From assembly GCA_003344405.1 (NCBI GenBank), contig NOWV01000026.1:186001-250000 (forward strand): 64,000 bases of DNA, in the 5' to 3' direction. Origin of the DNA: Trichoplax sp. H2. Lineage: Eukaryota. A program made the position numbers and the translations under genes. Shown in pieces: positions 27,578 through 38,426 of the stretch. The notes under the pieces were generated by a model. The model was given only the letters and a program-made list of their open reading frames with translations, ran no database searches and was not told the DNA's origin. Each line of letters begins with the position of its first letter. Within the stretch, counting starts at the first letter, position 1.

Positions 27578-29123
27578 TTAGCTTTGATTGTTGGTAGCTT
27601 TTGGAATCCATCCTTTCCTTTGAGGAATACCAACTTGCAGGGATTCTACCCAATCACCAGTTTTCGCGAAGTGAAGTAGTATATCGAACACTGACGTTCA
27701 ATTTATGTTAAAAACGCGAGGAATTGAGTCTCTTTAAAACTTTGATTTTATTCATGTTAACGAAACTGATTCATACCTTGATTGATCGATAAGACCTGAT
27801 TGTATGTTCCTTTTTCAGCTTTCATCATGTACTCCGGGATTGGTAAGCGGCATGTAGCGACTTCACATTGCATTCCATAATGCAGTGATATGCGCTTAAA
27901 GGTAGAAATAATAAACGTGTGTTATACCTCTCTCATCAGTAACTGCAGGTGCAAAAGTACTACCGCTACCATATATTTTAACATACTTTACGAATGCTTT
28001 CATCAACGATGCCACCTAGAACATATACTTTACTTGAGTCAATTTTTCTTAATACTATTAGTGGAATATATTGATATCAAGTTAGAATCAGTTCAAAAAA
28101 GCATATTACGGCACATGTTTAATTCCATAAAGGCAGTAATTATCCGTTACAGTACAGGCTACTTAAATATGCAGTCTTCCCTAATACTAGCTATGAGTTA
28201 CCATTCTTTGAATCAGGTGACATAACAACAATCTCTTCCGGAGGAAATAACTCTAAAACACTTTCGGTAGTTACATCAATCTATTTTCACACACGTATAA
28301 TTAACAGGTTTAGGAGATTAAGGGCTACAATTTCTAATTTTATAGCTTACGTACGATGTCCGTTATATTTAGTTATTCCATTTTATTTAAATGTATAAAA
28401 AACCTTATAATTTTGGAATCCATGGTGAAATTCCGTGCATCGCTGATACAATTCATCTTCTTGTCCAAATCTTGTAAAATAGATATGCCAAGGATCCTCT
28501 GCGATGCAATTAGAACCATATAGTCTACCAACCTGATTGCATAACTTAGATATTTCCTGAAATTGATGTTAATAATTTTAATGACTTTTCAAAACAAGTT
28601 TCCTAAAACATCATTAGAGATATGTAAATATCGAAAGAAAAAAGTAAAGTAAAATAGTGGATACCTTGTTAGTCATACCCTCAGTTAACCCCATGTCGAT
28701 AACAATTCTTTGACCACTACACATAGCGGTACGTAATCTTCCATCTCTTAATATGTGCCGCTGCCTTTTCGTAATATAATCTAAGTATGTAGTTATATAC
28801 GAATAAGTGATACTACCGTACGAACACATTTGAGTCTGATGACAGAAACAATTTTGGATCCTAAACGAAACTATACGACGAAAAAATATCGAGAAGCTTA
28901 TACTTGATCATACCGTCGGTAATTTCTCGAAGTGGTTGATCTAGTTTTTTTAGCTTTTTCTTTTCCCGCTCTTGTTGCTTTTTAAAAGTCAGTTTAATCT
29001 GCAGTTGTAATGCATTACAATAATTATATTATGTACAACTATCATTTCTCGCCAAAGAAGATGCATATGCGCAAAACTGACTTTCATTTGCTTCCGTTTC
29101 TTCTCTCGTTTCGTACCAGACAT
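27578..29123 (-). CDS. TRMT10B: tRNA m1R9 methyltransferase (SPOUT, Trm10 family), TRMT10B-like; probably the C-terminal half of a fusion with the upstream DUS-like gene
   Basis: Spliced exons give MSGTKREKKRKQMK..., GQRIVIDMGLTEGMTNKEISKLCNQVGRLYGSN, FPPEEIVVMSPDS, KVYVLGGIVDESIRK, CRLPIPEYM and VLSINQVFDIL...WVESLQVGIPQRKG. These match TRMT10B-type motifs (RLYGSN, GGxVDES). Stop TAA at 27580-27578. Confidence 0.88.
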
Positions 29124-29234
29124 CTAATTTTCAACAGAATAAGCGGTAAAGCTATTAATTTCATTAGAAATCCTAGATAATAAAGTATTACTGACTACAT
29201 TATATGAACTCTACAAAATCTCTAGCAAACATAC

Positions 29235-29308
29235 CGTTGATGTTAGAGGTGATGTAAGATTTCTTAAATCGTCTATAGTTTTTATCTGACGGTAGTAAAG
29301 TTCCGTAT
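29235..29308 (-). CDS. Putative linker exon joining the DUS-like and TRMT10B-like reading frames
   Basis: It is preceded by a branch-point-like GCTAAC and the acceptor TTTCCATTAG, and followed by a GTATGT donor. The 74 nt read (D)TELYYRQIKTIDDLRNLTSPLTST, entering in phase 1 and leaving in phase 0. Confidence 0.65.
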
Positions 29309-29380
29309 CTAATGGAAATAGTTAGCGTATGAGTTTAACTCCATGCTGTGCTAAATAGCGATTGCAATTAAATGTAATGA

Positions 29381-31543
29381 CTATGCCGAACCAGAATGAC
29401 AACGCCAAACAGGAATTGATACTGAAGCGCCATCAGTATTGCTCGATTCACTTTCTTCAACCTATTTCAATTTTATTAATTAATATATTTAAGGATTAGG
29501 TCATGAACAACAATTACAATCCAGTAAATTTTAAACGTGTCTTTTTAGCTTAGACCAACGTATAAAAGTACTTGAATTGCAAACGACCTTAATTAAATTT
29601 TCCTTCAACTTCTCAATAGCCGCAACTATCGCTTCGTAGGTCCAAGCATGATGAAGCTCTTTCTTTAGATTTATAGCTGCTTCATCATCTGTTTTATTTA
29701 TACTAAATTACAACTGTTTAATTAGCTCATATCTGCGATTGTTCTAGAGCCATATTATAAATTCTATAGCCATCTACTATGTTATTACTTACTAGTTATT
29801 CCAAAGTGCATAAATATAAAGTCTAATTTTCTGTGGTGACATTGGATATTGGCGGCATAAATCTAAAAATTCTTTGCTTGTATCATATAATGATGGATTT
29901 AATCCAGTAAATAGGCCAGGATTATGCAAAATATTCACTGTAACATACATTAATTTGAAATTTAACAATAGATAGAGTAACAGTAAACCGAATTTAAGAA
30001 ATTTTAAATTGATTTTGTTGGAATAATGAAATAAATATAAGAAGTTGCAATATCTACGCCAAATAAACGATAGTAAAGTTTCTCACGAAATATCTACCAT
30101 GTTTAATTAGGTATTAAAATACGAATATCAGCGCATATACTCGTATGTATTTGACTAATATTATGAGATAACGCTAATTTATAATATAACTGCGGATTTT
30201 AAGTTTATAAATATAGATCTGATTAATGATTTATGGAGCAAATTAGTACCGTGCGACATAATCCCCTGAGCGCCAGTATATTCCAGACAAAGATCAGCTT
30301 CAGCTAAAGTACTGATATCACTACAAGCAAAGACTGGAATGACCACAGAATCCCTAGAACGGGGAAGATAGAAGCCGTTTAAAAAATTATTATGCAAGTT
30401 TCATATCTATAAGATAGACAGTCGCTTCTTTTTCGTAGATTACTTGACAGCTTTAACAATATTCCAATCATCCAAGCGAAAACGAGGCTCTTTATGACGA
30501 CAGCCGATAGATAGTAATTGACATCCGGCGCTTTCTAGACGTTTTGCATATTTTATCAGACTTGAGCTATCCTTGTCAGCTGCAATTTTAATTTTACAGG
30601 CTACAGGCATGTTTAAATTATCTCTTAATAATGATATCATTCTTTGTAGTAGTTGAAAGTCCTTCCCAACAGCTTGATTTAATATAGTCTTAGCTAAGGA
30701 AAGAATAAAAAATAAATAATACAGAGGCTAGGTTTTAATTTAACGGATTAATTCAACAATTGTAAATTTCATCTTTCAAATTTGATTAAGAGTTTCCAAA
30801 TTTAGTAGAACTAACCATTAGTCTCAGAATGCAGGGTTAGGTCGATAGCATCGCAAAGACTGTCAACTCTTTCTGCTGCTTGTAGCATGCGGTTAGGATC
30901 TCTTGAACATAGCTACAGTAAACGTGTCATCACAACTTAATATAAAGTACTAAAATAGATGATCCTTCAAGTATTGCCAACAATCAATTTAAGGTCTACG
31001 AAATATAAATTGAACATACATATACAGTAAATAGATACACGTGCATAGTTTATAGGACACCTGTCTTACTACTATTAATTTCACCTGAACAATTAGCGGT
31101 CTATCTTGAAAGTTATTCGCATTTAAGAAATGATATTTATAGCTATCCCAGTCATTTAGGATTTCCTCTGCTTTCAATAACGGTGTATAAAATAATTGCA
31201 CATTATGGTGTCGACACAATAACCTGAAAGCAAGGTCTAATGAAAAGTATCCATCGTTAGTAAGATACCTTGATTCGCATATAGGCGAACGTAAGTTCTA
31301 TCAATTTTTAAATCGGATTATTGACGTGTTGGTATAGATAGTAATAAGATGTTGATATGCATAGCCAAATACATGTAATTGTATTACTTATACATTCACT
31401 GATACTCCTCTTTAGGAACGCTTTCAGATCACACCTGGTATGTGTTCCCTAGGACCCACTGCATAACGACATGCTTTTATCGTTTTTCTCCACAATTCAA
31501 ATCCATTCCTGTACGGGTTGCCAATTGAGGATGATGCAGCCAT
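29381..31543 (-). CDS. Dihydrouridine synthase 1-like protein with a degenerate active site (pseudo-DUS)
   Basis: Eight in-phase exons: 31543-31435, 31236-31085, 30912-30816, 30693-30444, 30353-30250, 29937-29793, 29702-29588, 29461-29381 (or 29392 if spliced onward). They are collinear with DUS1L: GFELWRKT, LAFRLLCRHH, QLFYTP, DRPLIVQLC, CDAIDL, PVACKI, LESAGCQLL, HNPGLF, PVWRC. The NxGCP, APM, HGR and ANG motifs are substituted. Confidence 0.88.
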
Positions 31544-32208
31544 ACTTTACGAGTAAGTAGGAACTGAGGTCTTATTAAAAATTTCTGGAATAGAAAATTA
31601 TGGCCATAGGATAACTACACAATATATTTATAATTGTTAACTCAGTATTATGCCTTTGCACCTTCGTATGTTTTCGTGGAGCTAGTGATCCCTTAGAATC
31701 ATATCAAAACTACCATTCCGTCTGATTTACAGGATACCACCGCAATTCACATGTCATACATTGCCGTTGCACTTGCAAGCACGAAGGAGCAGCTACTACT
31801 GAACTTACTTGCAGTATTAGACTGTAGTTAAAACTGTTCCTGAAAGGAGTGAGATATAGTATTGTACTGTACAGTGTACAGTCTAAAAAGATCTATAATA
31901 CGGACAAACGGACAAACAGACATTAAAATTAATCATTCAAATCATTTTCTTTTAGCGGCCAAGATTAATTGACTACTGCAGGCTGGACCAAATTTTTGGA
32001 GAAGAATTTTAGCTGAAGCTTTTCTCCCATCCGTTAATAGATCTCCATTCAAATTAACTATTAACCTAGTAGCGTGTACGAGCATTAATATTTACCTCAT
32101 TTAGCGAATTTTCTGCATTGTCAACAGTAAGTGTACAGTAGAGTACAGTACAGTATACTTAAACTGCTAAATACTGATTCATGCGTTAGTATAGTAGGTA
32201 TATCATAT

Positions 32209-32514
32209 ACACTTGTGGTAAAGAACTAGAGCATACATAGTGCGAAGAGAGAATGAATTACATATATAGGATGGTAAAGTCCACTCCATATACTCGAATG
32301 CTAATATCAACCAATGATTATTTAATTACCAACAGTCAAAAGGAAGTCAACATTGATGTAAACACTTGTGACAAAGAACTTAAGCAATCACAGTGCGAAG
32401 TGAGAATGAATTACATATGTAGGTTGATAAAGTTCACTCCACATACTCGAATGCTAATATCAGCCAGTAATTATTTAATTACCAACAGTCAAAAGGAAGT
32501 CAACATTAATGTAA
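32209..32514. repeat. Tandem duplication, two diverged copies of a 153-bp unit
   Basis: Units start ACACTTGTG at 32209 and 32362. They share GAGAATGAATTACATAT, ATACTCGAATGCTAATATCA and TTATTTAATTACCAACAGTCAAAAGGAAGTCAACATT. Confidence 0.85.
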
Positions 32515-32806
32515 ATATACGAGTATTGTCTAGTATCCGAAAATTATTATTATTATAATCATTAAATAATCAAATTTAAGCTAGTAAATTGTCTTATGTC
32601 AGATTTTTTCGACTAAATTGGCTTTTATTTGGATTGTGTAAAGTTACTGGTGTCGGTCAGCATATAATAAGAGCATGTAACAATGCAATACGTGTATATG
32701 TTATTACAGAGAATAGTAGATCGAAAAGTGTTGAAATCGGATAAAACTATAATATACATTAAAACATTAAATTATTTATTACGTACGGCTATGTACATTA
32801 CAGTAA

Positions 32807-35800
32807 TCACCCTTTTGGAGAGGGTATATATCTATTAGATGCTACGTGTTCTTTTAAATATTCTCCACCTTTTTCTTCATAATCAGATCGTGTTATACTA
32901 ACAGACTGCAGGTCGTCTTGGTCAAGAAGCCATTGCTTTGCACCATACCATACGTCTGACATCATATCATCTATCAAAATCAAAGTTATCACGTGGTAAT
33001 TATAATTACTTCCAGTAAATGAGTTAATACAATAAAATAAGACATGATACGTTATCTATACCGGCAAATGCTATTTTAAAATCTGATCTAAAAGGACGAA
33101 TTTCGCGTAGTTCATTTTTCAATCTGTCATCAAAATTAGGGTATTGCAAATTTCCACCGGTAACAAAGATATTCTATAAATTTTTTAAAACGTTAGTTAC
33201 AGCAATAGCCGATATATATAGACTACTCAATCGTTTACCTGAGCCAGTAAATTCTGAACATTGTCTGGATAATGCTTTAGTACAAAGGCAATAGTGCTAT
33301 GCAGTCCGGCTTGCTCCACACCTCGAATAGACGGCTGAAATAGCATTTCGGTGACCCTAGTTTGATAGATTATGTCTCAGTATCATTTCTACGAGAAGAA
33401 TGTAATGCATAAGAACGAGTATGTACCGCATTCTCTCGATTCCAATGTCAAGCTGGTAGCGCGTAGCTACGTCTGCTGGTTCTGGTGAATTATCTTCTAT
33501 CTCTCTTCCATTTGATAACATATGTACGCAAATATATTAGCATGTATACAATATAGCATTCAATAAGTGTAAGAACATGCATCAGTAGCTATATGACAAT
33601 ATGAAAATGGGACTATCGATATCTTATTTATAAATATATCCATGCTATTCTCTTACTTTCTAAAATTTTCGTCATACAGTTTCAGTAATGATTCTAATTC
33701 ATTTAAACGAGTTTCTTCTTTCTCACTATCGCTATTATCCAAATTCTAAATCAAATTAACGATTCTTAAGTACATTGATGTCAGCTTTAAGTAATTAGCG
33801 TACTACATTAATAATTAAAATAAGAGAAAAAAGCAAAACTATTTCGTAGCATTCGGATTATACGCGTAGACCCACAATTGCCTTATAAACCATCCAGTCT
33901 TCATCATTTTGACCAAACGTATCCTCTTCATTTTTAGAACCCTTAACGCCCTTCCCGGAGGCTACTTAAGAAGTGATAACAGATTACAGTTATAGTAAAA
34001 TTGCATAAGCTTATAATCAAGGAATTGTAATGGTATGCAGGAGTACAGTAGCAGTACAATTTACCCCCAGTATTGTCGGCCAACTTTGTAATAATTCGCA
34101 TTCTTTCTTGGGCCGCATGGCTTCTTCGTGAAGCCATGTTCTGCTTCAAAGATCGACGCTGTTGACGCTGATTCAATATTTCCTGAGAATAATAGTGATA
34201 AAAATAATAAAATTCTTATACATGAAGATTACTTGTACAGTATACACATTGCTAAACATAAATTTACTTCTCGTTGTTGCCGGATTCCTTCCAGCCATCC
34301 GTCAAAGTCTTCTAGACGTTTTTGTTCTTCTTCTCTTTCCTGTGCTTCTTTTTGAGCTTTCCGCTCATCTCTCTCACGCTTAGCCCTTTCTCTACCAATA
34401 CTGGCATTTTTTAGCATCCTTTGCCTTTTCTTTTTTTCTATTTGCTCAGATGTTAATTCCTCATCCGGTATATCAAGGAGGTCATATACCGCTTTAGTTG
34501 CTGATCTCTATAGTGAAAAATGTTTAGGACAGGACAGGAATGAATAAGAAATTATTGTAAAATAAAGTATAGCAGCATTATCATAGCTATTTTCGATTTT
34601 ATAGACGGAATAACGAAAAACATTACTTTTATAGGTATTTCTAAGAGTTAAAAATTTACTGTTGGGTCATCATCATGATACCTTATTGCTATTACTTTGA
34701 CCATTACTATTAGTAGCCTTTTCGCGTCTCTTGGCAATAGAAGCTTTTAAACGATCAATTTCGAAATTTAACTCCTACAATTTGAAGATCATATTATTGG
34801 GGACATTGATGCAACCTGAGTGTATATCGAGAGATGTACCTCTACACCTTCAAGCTCTGCCTCTTCCAATGCATCCTATCATATCAACAAATCGGTATTA
34901 CTATTATGAAATTATTAATCTTTATGCTATCGAATACTACAGAACAGTATCATTATTGCTATATTTGTAGTAAGTTATTATCGTAATTTTAGCACTCAGC
35001 TTACCCACAGCTCATCTTCTTGGCCTTCTAATTCTTTTATCTTTTGCAATTGCTGCAATTTCTTTTCTTCTACAGCAAGCTTTCAAGTAATGGCTCATGT
35101 AAGTCGTAAACCATATTTCAAATAAGCGTGAATAAAATTTAAATTATATTTACCATTTTGTCACGCCGACGGGCATTAAGTTCTTGCAATCTTTGCCCTT
35201 GTTTCTGCCGCCTTAATTTTTCTTTTTCTTCACATTTCCCATTGGAATTAGTAGTGCTAGTAATTGGATTAAATGGTAACTGGATTTTACGTGCATTTTG
35301 ACGGTAGAATGAAGGTGATGACCATTGATCCAGAGCATCATTGTAATTGCTAGCGACATAAGCATAATCATGTACCAATTCCTGAAGCAAATAGTGCATT
35401 GAGTATACGCTTTTAATTTTACATATTAGGATTTTTACTTCAAAAGAAAAAAATGATGAAGACTACAACCTGGGCTCTTGATAAAGTAATCAAAGAGGCA
35501 TGTTGGGGATATTTTAGTTGTAATAACCTTTGCATTAATATCGTGGAATATGCTCCACCGATATTTATCCTAAAAAGTATTATTATCGTTAGAAATACAA
35601 TTACAAACGCTATAAAATTGCAATTGACTACAATAATTTTATTAACAATAAGCAGACCTTTTACAATTAGCAGCGTCAAGCATGCCATCAACAAAGGGCA
35701 ATACATGTGTTGTTTGATATCCAGATGATATTATTAAGGCCGTATTAGCTAGCGAACCTACGAATATATGAAATTTAAGGAAAATTTCGTCGTGTCTGAA

Positions 35801-37396
35801 CATTTAAATTGAGTTTGGCATTGAGCAGCAAGCAATTAATACTACCGAATTCAAATTTTACCTTTCTTCTTCGCATTGCAATAGTAACTGAATAGACTAT
35901 CGACACCATAAATGATCTGTGGGACGTGGTAGCATTCAAACAACAGTTCTGACATTACTAATAACACAAATATTCAGATATAGAAAACATCGTGAGCATG
36001 ATAAGAACTTCTTTAATGGCTTAGTAAGAAATGCATTGCATTCCAATTAATCAGATAAGTTAAATAAAGTATTACATGAACGACAATAATTCGGATTACA
36101 CACAGCCTCCGTCATTAAAATGGGGTGATCGATGCTTTGTTCAGATGAGATACTCAAGTGGCTGAAGATATGATCTAAGATTTGTTCCTAAAAAATATTA
36201 ATGAATTCCGCAGCTAAGTATAGATTTTTTGGAAATAAATTCAGAATGAAGCATTGTACCACTATTTAACATCAATTTTGAACTGAGTACATGTGATTGC
36301 ATTTATTGCGAATAACTCACCATAGCTATGACTTAGACATATTTTTACACATACAGTATATTAATCTTACGTGCCATTTTATTTTGTAATAGGTATTTTA
36401 TGCGGTATATGTGCGCTAAAGAATTGACGCGTAGCTTCTTAGATAGCTACCTTGCTTAATCACTGTGTTACTTAAAGTATCAATTTGAGTACACATTAAA
36501 ACTTTATAGTCCCACTTCTACCATTAATATACAGTACTTAAAATGTCATTATCTGAGTTACTATAAATACCGTAGGGTGCAATGCATTACTAAAATGTTT
36601 AAAATTTTTCCACCTATTTTAATAAAAATCTTGCAAGACCTGTGCATCAAAATGGGTAACAACGTCAGCATCGAACTGAGTTCTTAACGACCATCGTAAT
36701 AATTCCAAGTTGTTAATATCATTTCCTATTGAGATCTCTTCCTGTAAATATTATCCGGAGTTTATACACAACATGTTAGAAATTATGCTTTTCAATCATT
36801 TTCTCAACTAATGATACCTATACACATTACTAACGTAAACGCTACTGCTGTGAAAATCAGTATCTATTAATCTATGAATAAATGCAGTAACATAAATGTC
36901 TTGAACTGAAGTACAAGTACCTATATAATCGTGGTGTCAAAGCTAAATTTAAAAGGGATTCAATTGTTGCCTACCTGAATTTGTCCTTTCCTCCCCTTTG
37001 ACTTAAGCATTAGATTTCTGAAAATCATCTTTGGTTTATCATCAATTGCCCAGCCAACACGACACTGATATGAGCCTATAAAAAACATCGAATTTATACT
37101 ATTGCGTATTGCAGTAAATTTAAACAGACGTCAAGTCATCACAACAATATCACGCAGTTTTGACATCTTAAAGTGAGGTTACGTAAAGCTTTCTACAAAA
37201 TGTAGTACGCGTATATCCAGTTCGTACAATATCAAATTCAGCTATGCAATAAAAGGACTTAATCATTACCGTTGTCGATAATAAGGGGCGTTTTTTCATT
37301 TTTAATAGTCTGCGTATATGGAAAGTAAGGATCGGGTTTTACTTGTGTATATAGGTCTTTAAAAGTAGAAACATTTTCATCCACCATTGAATCCAT
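32807..37396 (-). CDS. ACTR5: Actin-related protein 5 (INO80 complex), multi-exon
   Basis: Motifs: [129 protein letters not shown] and [18 protein letters not shown]. Confidence 0.93.
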
Positions 37397-37604
37397 CAGG
37401 CTGTAAGCATTACCTATAATTTACAATATTATACCAAATATACACGGTAAGATTACAGTATAATGATGATGTCTTGCTAATAATTGAGGCTTTCATATTT
37501 TGGATTAATAATACAAGATGCCAACTAGGATAAAAATCAGGGATTAATATTAAGCAAAATTTTCGATTACCATCAGATTCAAGCGCCATCTTTCGAATTT
37601 ATGC

Positions 37605-37755
37605 AGTGTAGTGCAGTAGACTACTGTAGCGGCTTTGGTACAGTACTGTGCAGTACAGTATAAGAACCACAGTACTATACACTGTACAGTACTTGACTGC
37701 TCGACTACAGTACAGTACAGTATCAGTACAATGACACTGTACAGTACAGTACTTT
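37605..37755. repeat. TACAG/CTGTA patch in the ACTR5/GNL1 divergent promoter region
   Basis: Clustered TACAGTAC and ACTGTACAGT units between the two head-to-head start codons. Confidence 0.75.
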
Positions 37756-38426
37756 TACTTTTATTCGTGTAGCCGTCCGTGTACCTGTGAAAACGTTTCG
37801 AAATTTAAAAATTTGAAAATTTATCTGTATAGTATTTACAGCTAATATATTGTAAATTAGTTTGCATGTGCATTATGCAGTAGTGAACCAGATTTCAGGT
37901 AAGACCATGCTTATAATCCATTAATTAATCTTTCACCTCTCTTATTTTATCAATAGTCAAGACGGTGTGTGATAATCTATATAATTTACAGCTAGTTTGC
38001 CCCATCATTAGACAACAAGTTTTCTGCAGTAGTTACTCAGTTCTTGACGTTCTGTATCAAGTAAATCCACAATTAAGAACACGAGTACTGGTACAGTATA
38101 TTCTAGAGCTGTGCACGTAGCGAATTATGTTGGAAATTGCTGTTCAGTGATTATAATCAGTATCTGCATATGTCTGTATATCGGTTATCTCTAATTCTGT
38201 ACATGATAATGAAATTTACTCGCTTTGTGATGCATTATATCAGCAATATTTTATTTTAACTGTAAATAGCAAACGAGTATAACATTGATAACATACTGTA
38301 CAGTGTAAACGTAGGTAGCTGTTACTACAATAGGATTTGTCTGTTCTGCCCTATCCAATCTAGATACGTTACTAACTACGAGTATTAAAAAGAAAGTCAT
38401 CCCCAAGGAGTTACATCCTTACAGTA

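Noticed and set aside
27890..28225. 111-aa ORF on the + strand
   Set aside because: It is antisense to TRMT10B-like exons and introns and has no recognisable motif.
29309..29344. ATG at 29344 (-) as an independent TRMT10B start
   Set aside because: It reads MELNSYANYFH and stops at the TAG that forms the splice acceptor, so it cannot start the methyltransferase frame.
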